Below the pieces are notes generated by a model, which saw nothing but the letters and a program-made list of their open reading frames with translations, did no database searches and was not told the DNA's origin. A stretch of 64,000 nt of DNA, taken from contig NC_042999.1 in assembly GCF_006345805.1 (NCBI RefSeq), positions 149,730,001-149,794,000 of the forward strand. Reading direction: 5' to 3'. Shown here piece by piece: positions 46,441-59,190 of the stretch (position 1 is its first letter; each line of letters begins with the position of its first letter). This DNA comes from Octopus sinensis (taxonomy: Eukaryota). A program made the position numbers and the translations under genes.

Positions 46441-47039
46441 GTTCTTTTCTAAACAAAAGAACATAATGATAAGCATTTCCTTCAAACTTTCATCTCTTAT
46501 TTTTTAAAAATAATCAGACAGTTGATATTTCAAAAGGAAACCAGATTTGCTTTACCAGCTGATGATTGGAAATGTGTAACTCTTGAGTCCTGGAAAGCTG
46601 AGCAGCCTTTCAGTTATAATATTCTATATTTGTATTGAGTCCTGGGTTTTATTGCTTCCAGTGAATCAACATATATCAACGTCATCATCATCATCATCAT
46701 CGTTTAACATCCATTTTCCATGCTAGCATGGGTTGGACGGTTTGACTGAGGGCTGGCAACCAGATGGCTGCGCCAGGCTCCAGTCTTGATCTGGCAGAGT
46801 TTCTACAGCTGGATGCTCTTCCCAATGCCAACCACTCTGAGAGTGTAGTGGGTGCTTTTTATGTGCCACCGACACAGGTGCCAGTGAAGCGACGTTGGTA
46901 ACGATCACGCTCGAATGGTGCCCTTTTACGTGCCACGGGTACAGAGGCCAGTTGGCTGCTCTGGCAATGATCACAACAATCACGCTCGGATAGTGTTCTT
47001 GGCACCCTTCTAGCACAGGCATAAGTGCCAGTAAGGCGA

Positions 47040-47077
<38 letters not shown>

Positions 47078-48238
47078 CAAAATGGGACAACAAAACATCC
47101 AGATAGACGATACAAAGAAAACAAGGTTGGGTCATTTGAAGTTTTCTTTTCTCAGTCGAGTACCAGATTATCTTCGCAATTTTCACTGATTATACTCAAG
47201 ATTGCTCCAATTTGGCCAGCCCCAAGGAAAAACTAAGCTAAGAGCATTAGATTCCTTGGAAAAGAGTAGTGAATGTATACAAAAACAAGGATGGGAAAAA
47301 ACGAACAATATTACACAAATACAATAAAAATAATAGAGTATAATAATAGGTGTCTTTCGACTAAGGGCGAATTAAATTAAGCTGGCGTGTGTGATATATA
47401 TATATATATATGTATGTGTATATAGGATCTATTCCATCTCAATCACAGATTTTTTAATTAGTTTTTTTTTAACTAAACAGTTTGAAACTTTGAATACTGG
47501 TAGAATTTCTCATGTAGAACACGGTTTACTCTGAACATTTTTGACAAAATTCCCTATTTTAGAAGTTATTTTGTTAAAGTTGTCATATTTGGGTAATTCC
47601 AACCAATCAATGACATGTATTTGGTTGAAGAAAGCTACTGCTGTTTGCGATAGTAATCGAAGAGGAACAACTTCCGGGTCATCTCTACTAAATGTCACCA
47701 CTCTGTTCTATTCGTTACCTGTATCCTTTCTTCTTTTCTAGTCAGTACTGTGCATTTATGTGTGTGTGTGTAAATGTATGTATGTATATATATATGCTTT
47801 CTTTTGTTCAACTAAAATAAAGCAATATTTATAATTATCCTAAATTTCATTCTACTTCCTATCTTCCATTGTTTAGCTTATTAAATTATTCTTTACAAAA
47901 CTGCTGTATACATTAATAATGTTAGGAACTCATTGCTAAAAATATCTTCATCACTAATTGTTATTAATTATATGACAAAGGCAACGAGTTGGCAGAATCA
48001 TTAGCACGCTGGATGGAATACCTGTCATTACGTTCTGAGTTCAAATTTTGCTGAGGTCAACTTTGCCTTTCATCTTTTTGGGGTCGATAAATTAATTACC
48101 AGTTATGCACTGGGGTCGATGTAATCGACTTAATCCCCTCCCACAAGCTGCCCTTGTGGCAAAAATTTGAAATTGTTATTAATTACATAACATCTGCTTA
48201 TTTAGCTCTGACAAAAATTTGTTCATTCAGATTTTACC

Positions 48239-48273
<35 letters not shown>

Positions 48274-49505
48274 GGTGGGAAGCTGGCAGAATCATTAGCA
48301 TGCCGAATGAAATGCTAAGCAGCATTCTCTCTGTCTTTACATTCTGAGTTCAAATTCCACCGGAGTTGACTTTGCCTTTCATCCCTCTGGGGTCGATAAA
48401 ATAAGTACCATTTGAGTACTGGAAACAATGTAATGGACTCTCCCACTCTCCCAAATTTCAAGCCTTGTGCCTATTGTAGAAAGGACTATTGTTATCATAA
48501 TTATTATTATTATTATTGGGCATTCAGCCAAAATTTGATATTGTCACGTGCAGTGGATAGGAATTGAATAAGAAGCACTGGTATTCGTGCACCATCCGAA
48601 TGTGGTCAATGCCTGACTGGCCCCCGTACTGGTGGCACGTAAAAAGCACCTACTATATTCTCAGAGTGGTTGGCGTTAGGAAGGGCATCCAGCTGTAGAA
48701 ACTTTGCCAGATCAGATTGGAGCCTTGTACAGCCCCCAGTTTACCAGTCCTCAGTCAAACCGTCCAACCCATACCAGCATAGAAAGTGTCTATCAAACGA
48801 TGATGTTGATGATTATGACCCAGATTACCTTTAACAAGTTGTTTATTAGCTTCTAGATGTAGCTTAGAGAGTTATGGCCCCTGTTTGGCTTATTTATCTA
48901 AAATACACTTTTTGTCACCTAGTCTAACACCAACATATGACCTTTGGGCTGTATGTAGATGTCAAACTGGGTGGAAGGTCAGGTTTCCAGCTTCTTCTTT
49001 CTCTCCCACCAGTTTCAGCAGCCTTGTAAAAGGTAGGAAGAAAACAAAAAGCCTTTCCTTTTCGTTTTGATATGTACATAGACACACGGTGTCATTTGTT
49101 TGCAGTTCTCTATGAAAGCACGTCCAGGCTGTCTGTTGTTCAATAGACTGGAGGATTATTTGGTGCTTTCCTTCCTTGGAAACAGATGAACGACATCGGA
49201 TGATATGTCTTCTGTAATGGTTACCCGTGCATGCACACAGAACAGTAGATTCTAAAATAATGATGATAAAAAAAAACAGTAATAATTGTATCTCTCTCTC
49301 TCCTCTTTCTCTCCCCATACTTTTTCAACCTTGGAACACTGTTCTTCTTTCTCTTGCATCATGTTAATGAACAACTTCTTGTAATTTCTTTAACAAATGC
49401 TGTGTGTTTGTCATGGAATTATTATGGGAGTATACATCAATGGTTTCCTGTATGTTAATGTTAGTAATCAATTTAATGTTTTTTTTATTTTTTTAATATC
49501 AACAG

Positions 49506-49948
49506 GATCAAAGGAAAGACGAGTCAACTCAGCTGTTCGAGGATGTTGGACGGATGGCCTGTATGAAATGTACAAGTCATGTACATCGAGTTTACATGAA
49601 GAAACCTGTACCCGGACTTGCTACGGAGCAAAGTGTAACACATGGAGTCTCTATTATATTGCAAACGCAGATGGAGACCAACACATTGGTGACGACAAGG
49701 ATCCATACAATGAGCCAGAAAATGAGAATCGACCAAACATGAAATCGGAAAATGGGAATGACTCAAATGTGAACTCGGAAGAGAAATATGGACCATACCC
49801 AGGAATGGTAAATGAAACAAATTATGCAAAGGAAACAACTTCTCCGAATTCTTCAAACATCACTTTATCCAGTCCTGGTCCACAAATCTGTTACAGTGTT
49901 TTATTGATGGTTTCGACTATTGTACTTAGTTTTATAGTTTGGGTATAA
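49506..49948 (+). CDS. Ly6/uPAR-like gene exon 3 (C-half of LU domain, acidic stalk, GPI-type signal)
   Basis: Acceptor atcaacag; (G)SKERRVNSAVRGCWTDGLYEMYKSCTSSLHEETCTRTCYGAKCN...SSPGPQICYSVLLMVSTIVLSFIVWV*. The spliced CDS is 654 nt = 217 aa, with 10 LU cysteines ending in CN. Confidence 0.88.
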
Positions 49949-50215
49949 TACTGATGTGTGCTGTGGTAGGTTGTCGACTGGTTGTTGGTTGGTTGGTTGG
50001 TTGGTGATGTGATTGTAGTTTCTTTGGCAAAACAAATCTGTGATTGTATTTCATCTCAGCAGGAAAGGATTCGCTTAACCTCACTTTACATTTGGGCTAA
50101 GCTTGAATTTTAAAAACTCCTCCTCGTCCCCCCCTCTCCCCCGTCTGCTTCTTATAAAAAAAAAACGGAATTATTATTATTATTGAGAATATTACTTGTT
50201 TTATTTTTTAACAAA

Positions 50216-50221
50216 AATAAA
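50216..50221 (+). terminator. Candidate polyadenylation signal of the Ly6-like gene
   Basis: AATAAA ~270 nt after the stop, followed by a T-rich region. Confidence 0.45.
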
Positions 50222-52739
50222 TTTTTATCCTATACAAAAAATTATGTTTTAAAATTTATTTTTGTTTTACAGCATAAATGAACTTATTAAAATTTCAAGT
50301 TGACAAGAAATGACAAACTGACAATCATAATTTCTGAAAATTACTTCATTTCTTATCAAACGTCTTGTCACCAAGCTATTTAGTCTCCAATCTTGTTATC
50401 TACAACATTATAAAACAACCAATGATTTGTGTCCATTTGTGTACTTGATTAAATTTCACTGGATGCTACAACAATACATATATCTCTCACATTCATTAAG
50501 CTTTCTTTTGTTCTCAGGAATCCTTCTTATCCACTTGAGATTTTATGCCAGTAACATCTGATATATTCCCATATACAAGCACCTGTATTGGTGCTACATA
50601 AAAAGTACCCATGCTGGTGTCATATAAAAAGCATCAATTGGAATTTACTGGAAAAGTGCAGACCTTTTTTTAACAGCAGTAGGAGATGCAAACTTTGCTT
50701 TGCAGAGAAAAGAATTCCCTCCACCCAGAGGTATATCTGAATTCTAAAAGCAAAGTTTATCTTAACCAACTGATTAATTCCCTCCTAGCAGTAACGATTG
50801 GCTCTTGCTTCGTTAGAAGTCTTCTCATCATAAAAAAACACTTTATTCTTCTCATAGCCAGTACATATGTACCTACACATATTCTTCAAGAAAACCTTAC
50901 TTTCATCTCTCTATTTCATTCACCAGCTAGCTACTAACATCACAACATGCTTTTTTCTCTTCTGTTACTAATATAACAACCTCTGCTTCCCTATATTAGT
51001 TAACTGTATAACCTCTGTCCTACCCCTATACATACATATATATTCCCTCTCAATACACTCATCTGTCATCCTCCTCTTCCTCTTACTAGGTGTTACTTTC
51101 CAGATCCTGTACTAAACAGTTCTCTTTGCAACCCTCTGAAATTTTGACCTCTTCCCTTGTTTTCCATCATACATCAACCTACAATGCAATGCCTGTGCCA
51201 ATTACTAGTTTAGAAATACCTTATATTTCTTTATATACACTTGTAATTATTTGTTTAATCCTTTTGATATCAACCCATCTGAGACCATCCCTAGTTCTAT
51301 GATACAAGCTTTGTTTTAGAGGGATCAAAGTTAAAACATACCATCAAAATTTTATGTTCATTTAAGTTACAAAAGCCAGATTAATAATCCTCATTATTAT
51401 CATCTTTTACCTTCCATCTTCCAAACTGGCATGGGTTGGATGGTTCCAATAGGTCGAAGGACTGCATTTTGCTACAAAGTTATTTTACTAAATTCTTCAT
51501 TATTTTCAAAATTAATTGAATCAAAAGCAGTGTATTTCAACAGAAATATAGAATCAAAAGAGTTAAATTTAAGCTTTAATTATTAAAGGCTTTCCAGTCA
51601 TGACCATCCTATGTTTGAAGTAAGTACAGTTGTATTTAAGACAGAAATCCAATTGATTTCACTGGTCTGGTAAGATTTTCAAATATCACAGACACTGCCC
51701 TGGAGGTGGTACCACGTAAAAAGCACCCAGTACACTCTGTAAAGTGGTTGGCATTAAGAAGGGCATCCAGCTGTAGAAACCATGCCAAAACAGATAATGG
51801 ACCCTGGTGCAGCCCCTCACCTTACCAGCTCCTGTCAAAATGTCCAACCCTTGCCAGCATGGAAAATGAGCATTAAATGATGACGATGATGATGATGAGT
51901 GCCTCTTCACAGGGCTGGTGCTATACTTTTGGCAAAGTGATCACCTAGGGTGCTAAGATCTGAGTAGTGGGGGTGGCGAACCCTGTTGTACTCTTTCTCT
52001 CAATCTTTTTTCCTGTTTCTTGAGTAACACTGTGATGGACTGGCGTCCCGTCCAGCTGGGGGGAACACATACACCACAAAAACCGGGAAACCGGGCCCAT
52101 GAGCCTGGCTAGCTTTGAAAAGGTTGCATAAATAAGACACTTTGACAGGAACTGATGGGTCCAAGAACTGCATCATGCTTCAGTGTTTGCTTTGTCCTGG
52201 TTTTGTTGGCTGGATGCCAACCATTTTACAGCTGCAATACTACAAACCCAAAAATGTTGGGGTGCAGTTTATGCAAAGAGAGTGAGGAGTAAAAAGGAGT
52301 AAAGTATAAGAGAAAAGGGCTGGAGCAGAATAGGTTTTTTGCTGTAGAGGAGCTCCATAACAACCCACATTTTAGAAGAGGTGGTTAGGGCGATGAGGAG
52401 GAACTGGAAAGCAATAAAAAATAGTGGTGAAAGGTGTCAGGGTGTACCTTTAAAATATGAGGTAGGTAGGAACAAGTGAGATAGAGGTGCCAGGAGTGAG
52501 GGGGAGAGGGTAGAGGATATCTGATAGTGCAGAGCGGCAGAGTAGAAATGATGGAACAGTAAACAGGGAAAGGATGAAAGAGAGATGACATGCTGTTGGG
52601 GAGGTTACAAGAATGAATGAGGATTTTTATCTGTATAAAATGTATATCTAAGGAAACATTATGTCCTTCCCTTTCATTAAGATAGTAGGAAGGATTTAGT
52701 TTCTATCTTTAGCAATCTCAGTGTGTTGAGATTCCCTTA

Positions 52740-53420
52740 GCTTTATAATGCAGCATGCCAAATGTAAGTCACGTTATTGACATATACAGGATGTAGGTGT
52801 TGCCATATTTCTTACAAAATAACTTTGTAATGTTATTTAATCCATTAAAATCTCAACAAAAGGCAAAAGTAATTGTGTTTCTGAATAGAGGTTACATTAA
52901 TTCCCCTCAATAGACTTGTTGACTAAAATTTAAGCAATAGGAAGATCATTTCCTCCCAGGTGAACAGCAAAATGGGAGTGGGGACAGCACGCTCTTCTCA
53001 AGCAGCCAAGTGTATCAAAATCTAAAATTAATGCAGCCACTATTTAAAAAAGCTTTCCCATTGTGTGTTTATATATAAACATCAGACTTGCTGGCTTTGA
53101 ATAACAACTTATAAGTGTTATAATTATATAGTTATAAAATATTTATAGGAAGAACTGGAATAAAGTTAAGCTCTCAACAAAGGGAGTTCGTGAGTGGATT
53201 TCCATTCTTGGTTGTTGCTATTTCCCTTCACTTACACTATTTACCCTCTTTCTAAAGGCAATGAACACCACAAATGCTTATCCTACCTTCTCTATGAATT
53301 TTAAGCTCTGTTCTCATGTAAGCAATCAATATTGTTGATGAAATGTATTTCCTTTAAAATGTTTCAGCTGCTGAGAATCATCTATTGAACTCATTTATCA
53401 AATATTTCTTAATAAACTCA
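52740..53420 (-). mobile_element. Highly decayed LINE reverse-transcriptase remnant
   Basis: The minus strand shows AFVVFIAFRKRVNSV (cf. FvDF.KAFDSV), a GxRQGC.LSP-like stretch and a YADD-like stretch in the correct order, all degenerate. Confidence 0.35.
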
Positions 53421-55889
53421 TCGTGCTTTAAAATAAGGACCACATGTTTAACACTGGTGTGTTGATACCAACCCATCTGCAACTACCCCTGGTTCTAAAC
53501 TTGCTATTTTAAAGTAATCTAAATTAAAATCTTCCATCAAAATTTATGTTAATTTGTTCCAGATACCAGCTTAATATCACTGGTTATTTTATTATGGTCT
53601 CAAAAAAGGGTTAGAGTGATCTAAGTAGAAGCTTGCCATCAAACTCTCATGCTAATTTATATCCCAAACACCAGCCAACAATTCAGTGAAGAGAACACAA
53701 TAAGCAGGGTCTAACTTGAAAAAAATCAAGCAACAAGGCCATACAATCTGAACTGCATCATACAAGCAACAAGACACATCCCATTGGTTAGACATAAAAT
53801 CCAACCAATAGTAAATCCATAATCCTGCAAAGCGTTCTGGTACCAAAGAAATGCAGTTGACTCCTGAAGGTCCCAAACAGTATGAATAGCAACATAGAAT
53901 GTATAAAATATATTATTACAAAATAATGATAACAGAAACTGAAATATAGATAAGTCCACAGTAAATGAACTTCATGACGATGATTTTCATTGGTTCATTG
54001 TTTAAATGAAATTATGTATGGCCGATTGGTTTGAATGTTAGGCTTATAATAAAGTTTAATTCCTGGACCAGGCACTGTACAGTGTCTTTGAGTAAGACAT
54101 TTTATTTCCAGTTTATTCTGCTGTTAAATGGGTACCTGTCTAGTGGTGCAGGTGCAGTATTCTCTCCCTCCAGCTGTCACAGACTCAGTGTTCTGCCAAG
54201 TCATAGGTATTAAGGCCAAGAGAGTGTCTATGTCTGCTCTTGACAACCTCGAAGGGTTTTAGCTGAGCAAATTGCCCCCAGTACTTATTTTTTAAAGCTT
54301 AGCACTTAGCCTAGTCTCTTTTACAAACTGCTAATTACAGAGTTACAGAAATGTAAACCAACCAACAATAACCGTCAAGCAGTGGTAGGGGACAAACACA
54401 ACGGCACACACACACACACGCACATATATACCTGTGCCGGTGGCACGTAAAAAGCACCAGCCAATCGTGGCTGTTGCCAGCCTCACCTGGTCTCCGTGCC
54501 GGTGGCACGTAAAAAGCACCATCCGATCGTGGCCGTTTGCCAGCCCCGTCTGGCACGTAAAAAGCACCCACTACACTCACGGAGTGGTTGGCGTTAAGGG
54601 CATCCAGCCGTAGAAACATTGCCAGATCAGACTGGGCCTGGTGCAGCCTTCTGGCCTCCCAGACCCCAGTTTAACCATCTAACCCATGCTAGCATGGAAA
54701 TCGGACACTAAATGATGATGATGATGATATATATATATAGACAATAATCTTTTTTCAGTTGCCATCAAGCAAATCTATGGTTTTCATATATACGATAACC
54801 TTCTACATTGTAAAGATGAACAGCCACTGTATTAGATCACTGATCAGATGCTGAAATTCAATTAAAACTTAACAACTCAAACTGTAGATTATTCCTTAAT
54901 CATTCAGTGTTCTACAAGTTTGCCAGCTTTTCAAATATCAAGAAATAAAGTTTAAATGCTGTCCAACTGGACACTTTGACACCTTTTAGAAGCTAAAGAA
55001 GCTATTTAACAACAATAACCACTTCACAGCTAAGCAGAACAAAAGCTTTTTGACTTTTTCACAATTAAAAAAAAACAAAAAAACATCTAAATTACTCAGT
55101 AATGATGTGTGTGACTTGATAGAACTCGTTGACAGAGACACTAATTAATGGTTGTCAAATGTAGACACTTGATGCTTGGATGGCTTTAAATGAGGAAATG
55201 TAATCAATATATGTAAAGTTGATTAGGAGAAACTGTAACAGCCAACAACAGCTCCATGGACCATTGTTTATGTCTTTTAATTCTTAGTTAGCATGAATGG
55301 TCTGATCTGGTTGGTCTGGTGTGGTCAGTCAACTTAGATTCATACTCGGTTAAAAAATAGCAAAAATATTTGGAGAAAGGAATTCTCAATACTAACCACT
55401 TGCATTGTTGATTCAATGTCTTTTTGAATATAGACTCCCTAGATCTGAACCTATGACATTGACCCTTTTCATACCAAACAATTTGAGCCCAACCTAGTTC
55501 CATGATAAAGCATTACTGTTTTAACCCATAAGTATTTAAAGTGGCCACATCAGGCCCAAATAGTCCTCCTGTTTTATGTTCAAACTTTCTATAATCAAGT
55601 CAAGATAACTTTCTATTTGGTTACCTAACCTGCTAGTAATAGTAGCCAAATCGCCTTTAAATTGTCCCCAACTATCATAAATAAGGTAAGGACATAGAAA
55701 ATGTAATGCTGGCTACATAGCTGTAAAGAACAAAAAAATGATTGATCACAGCAGGAATACCTTTGACCACAGATCTATTCAACCTAGGGTTAAACAACAG
55801 TTCCTTACAACCAATATTGACTCTTTAATTCCTTATGGTCAGTAGAAACTCAATCCGATTCCTTATGATCCCAACATCAGTAGGAACTT

Positions 55890-56240
55890 TAATCCAATTC
55901 TCTATAATATGCCTGTATTGAAATAATCATTTGGGTATGTCTTTCCTGAGGAAAACAGCACAGCTCCCGTGACTTTCGGAAACATTTTTTCACACTCAAA
56001 GTTGAAGCATGGAACAAACTACCTGCATCAGTTGTTAGCTGCCGAGACATTGCATCCTTTAAAACCTCCATGCTTCCTGAAATTCACCAACACTACACCT
56101 GATATCCCCTACTCCATATGCATCCACACATGTATATCATGACTCATACACTATTCACTTTTCTGACTTTTGTACATAATTCTATGTACTGTACATGCAC
56201 CTGAGCACTATACACAATGATTTCATTATTATTATTATTT
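55890..56240 (+). mobile_element. CR1-clade LINE 3' end with (ATT)n tail
   Basis: Reads FRKHFFTLK/VEAWNKLPASVVSCRDIASFKTSM; tail at 56225-56239. Confidence 0.65.
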
Positions 56241-57237
56241 AAAATAAGGGAAGTGACTGCAATAAACTATGCTTGCATACACAGCTTATTTACACATTAA
56301 CAAGATCCTTTAACTATTATAAGATGCTAAAAAAGAAGAGAGGGTTTATCTCTACAAAAATATTTTTATCTTTTCCTCAAGATTTAGAATGATTTTTTCT
56401 TGAAAATTTAAATAACATTGTGCTGATGCCACATAAAAAGCACCTAGTACACTCTGTAAAGTGGTTGGTGTTAAGAAGGGCATCCAGCCACAGAAAGCAT
56501 GCCAAAATAGACAATGATGCCTGGTGCAACCCTCTGTCTTGCCAGCTCCTATCAAACCACTCAACCCATGTACCCCATGAAAAACAAATGTTAAATGATG
56601 ATGAACCATAAATATGGTTCTGTTTTCTTCAATTTAGAAACATCAATGGACTTCATCTCCAAATATTGAAATATTGGCAAAAGAGGTTCTTCAACAAACT
56701 CTCATTTGCATTTCATATTCTGATTGTATAACCTTGAATAGCAGCTTTGTTCCCCTAATTCAAATGTGTCCAAGGATTTACTGAATTCATTTATCATGGA
56801 AACATCCCAAAAGATATTTTCTCTTTCTGAAATTGAATTTTTTCTTTTGAAACTGCATTACTTTTCTTGAAAAATTACATCATCATCATCATCATTTAAC
56901 GTCCGCTTTCCATGCTAGCATGGGTTGGACAATTTTGACTGAGGACTGGCGAACCAGATAGCTGCACCAGGCTCCAATCTTGATCTGGCAGAGTTTCTAC
57001 AGCAGGATGCCCTTCCTAACGCCAATCACTCCAAGAGTGTAGTGGATGCTTTTTACGTGCCACTGGCACGGGGCCAGTCAGGCGGTACTGGCAACGACCT
57101 CGCTCGAATCTTTTTACACATGCCACTGGCACAGGTGCCAGTAAGGCGACGCTGGTTACAAAAAACAAAGAAGTAAAATAAAATAAAAATATAAACAGAT
57201 TAAACATACATCAATAGGTTAGTAAATAGATTTGGCT

Positions 57238-57243
57238 TTTATT
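57238..57243 (-). terminator. Candidate polyadenylation signal of YEATS4
   Basis: tttatt on + (AATAAA on -), ~185 nt after the stop. Confidence 0.45.
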
Positions 57244-57428
57244 GGTGGTTAAAGAGAAAAAAAAACTAAATATTATTTAAAAAATGAGGTGATGAAATTT
57301 GTTGATCCCAACTGTAGGTTTTGAGAATGCCACAGCCAGAGCCTGCTTAACCAGGCTCAGTAATTAATGATAAACTATAAGGAACTAATTCCTTTCGATT
57401 AATGTCAGCAAGTTTTGAAGAGATGATT

Positions 57429-57808
57429 TCAAATAGAAAGAGTATTTATACTAGTTGTAGCAGAAGAACTAATGCTAAGTGATGTGGGGACTTCGCTTGT
57501 AGTTGCTGTAGTAACTGTTGTAGGTGTGGTAGCTCCATTGTCAACTGAAACATTTAGAGATACAGTAGATGCAGAACTAGTTGCAGACGGTAGAGAAACA
57601 GCAGTACTGGAAGGTAATGAAGTTGTCGGGCATTGCAAAGGTTGTGTTAAAACATCGTCGCATTCTTCCATTTTCAGAATTTCATTCTTGTATTTTAGTA
57701 TTGTCTCTTTGCTTTGTTTTAAGCGTTCATTTAATTCAGCTATTTCATAACGGATTTTATTTTTAGCATTCAAGATATTGTTGACTGTTTTCTCTCGTTT
57801 TTCTTCAA
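57429..57808 (-). CDS. YEATS4: YEATS4/GAS41 last coding exon (coiled coil plus S/T-rich extension)
   Basis: Acceptor ttctttacag; (F)EEKREKTVNNILNAKNKIRYEIAELNERLKQSKETILKYKNEILKMEE...SINTLSI*; 380 nt. Confidence 0.92.
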
Positions 57809-58654
57809 CTGTAAAGAAGGAAAAAGTTACATCAAGTTTACAGAGAAATCCACGAAACAGTTTAACATTTACATTCTACATGTTTTATATCAGGCACAGG
57901 CATGGCTGAGATACAGTTAGAGCTGAATCACAGGGTGGGTCAAGGAACAAGCATGGTCAAAATGATTTTAAAGTTAGAAATTTACGAGCGTCAGCCACAT
58001 TTTTCTTTTTACTTAGAGGAAAGTGAGTCCCCATGACCCTTTCCAAGGTTTCCAAGATGGACAGGAGGAAATGAGGAAGTTATTCTCAAACCAGAGATAT
58101 TGCAAAAATGCTTGCAACAGAGTGGATTCTGATAAAAAAAAATATCCAAGGATCAAATGATGGTATTTAACTGTGAAACATCAAGTATGTATCACTCAAG
58201 AACAAGAAGAGTCATTTTAAAAGGTTTCCAAACAGCCATTACACATCATAATTCAATGTCTGTTTTCCATGTTGGAATGGGTTGGGCAGTTTAACAGGAG
58301 CTGATGAAACAGAAGACTGTGCCAAATTCTAGTGGTATGGTTTCTAAGGCTGGATACCATTCCTAAAACCATCCTCTTTACACAGTGTATTGGTTGCTTT
58401 TTTTCACATGGCACTGGCACTAGTCAGATCATCGAATAACACACAAGACTCAGTGGGGAGCAGTACTGAGGGAGGTGGCTTTATACCAGGTAATGAGAGG
58501 CCAAAAAAAAATTGAAGGACAGGTACAGGTGTCTTGCTGTATGGAGATACATGGTTACTGTCAGTTGAATTTTGCTCACAAAGCTTTGGTCAAGCTGAGA
58601 GTATGGAAAACATACTCAAAGTGCTGTGCAATGTGATTGAACATGGAATTATTA

Positions 58655-58880
58655 CATCAAATCTATATGAATTGTTTATATACAATGCCTCTACCACTCA
58701 CCAAACCTATACATTTACATATCTGTCACATCAGATCAATATACCTTTTATATTCATGCCTCCTCCATATCAAATTTATATGCCATTTATATACATCCAC
58801 ACCAAATCTATATATCATTTATATACATGCTTCCACTATTTCCAATCTATATATCATTTATATTTCCCCTATATCAAATT
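58655..58880. repeat. Degenerate AT-rich minisatellite in a YEATS4 intron
   Basis: Recurrent caaatctatatatcatttatata(c/t) units. Confidence 0.55.
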
Positions 58881-58991
58881 AATGTCATTTAATTACAATA
58901 CTTCTATCACAATAAATCTGTATGATGCTTAAAATAGCTGAGATATTCTCTATATTTGAGAGATTAAAAGAAACTGCTGGTAAATACTTAC

Positions 58992-59079
58992 AGTCATTTT
59001 CATGGCGATACGTTCCCATCATAATGGGACGAACATTGGTTAATAATTGGTGCATCATTTGGGTTGGATCTTGAAACAT
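58992..59079 (-). CDS. YEATS4: YEATS4 penultimate coding exon
   Basis: Acceptor tttgttgcag; MFQDPTQMMHQLLTNVRPIMMGTYRHEND; donor gtaagt; 88 nt. Confidence 0.95.
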
Positions 59080-59151
59080 CTGCAACAAAGGAACCATCAG
59101 AAATGAAACAGAGAAGTTCTCTTCAAAATATAGTCATAAACAATGTTGAAA

Positions 59152-59190
<39 letters not shown>

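Noticed and set aside
46555-46580. CTGATGA...GAAA hammerhead-like core (also CTGATGA at ~16232, ~29396, ~58303)
   Set aside because: No stem II of adequate size, and no stems I/III or cleavage triplet.
49397-49505. N-terminal part of the 183-aa ORF
   Set aside because: It is intronic open frame upstream of the acceptor at 49505; the real N-terminus comes from exons 1-2.
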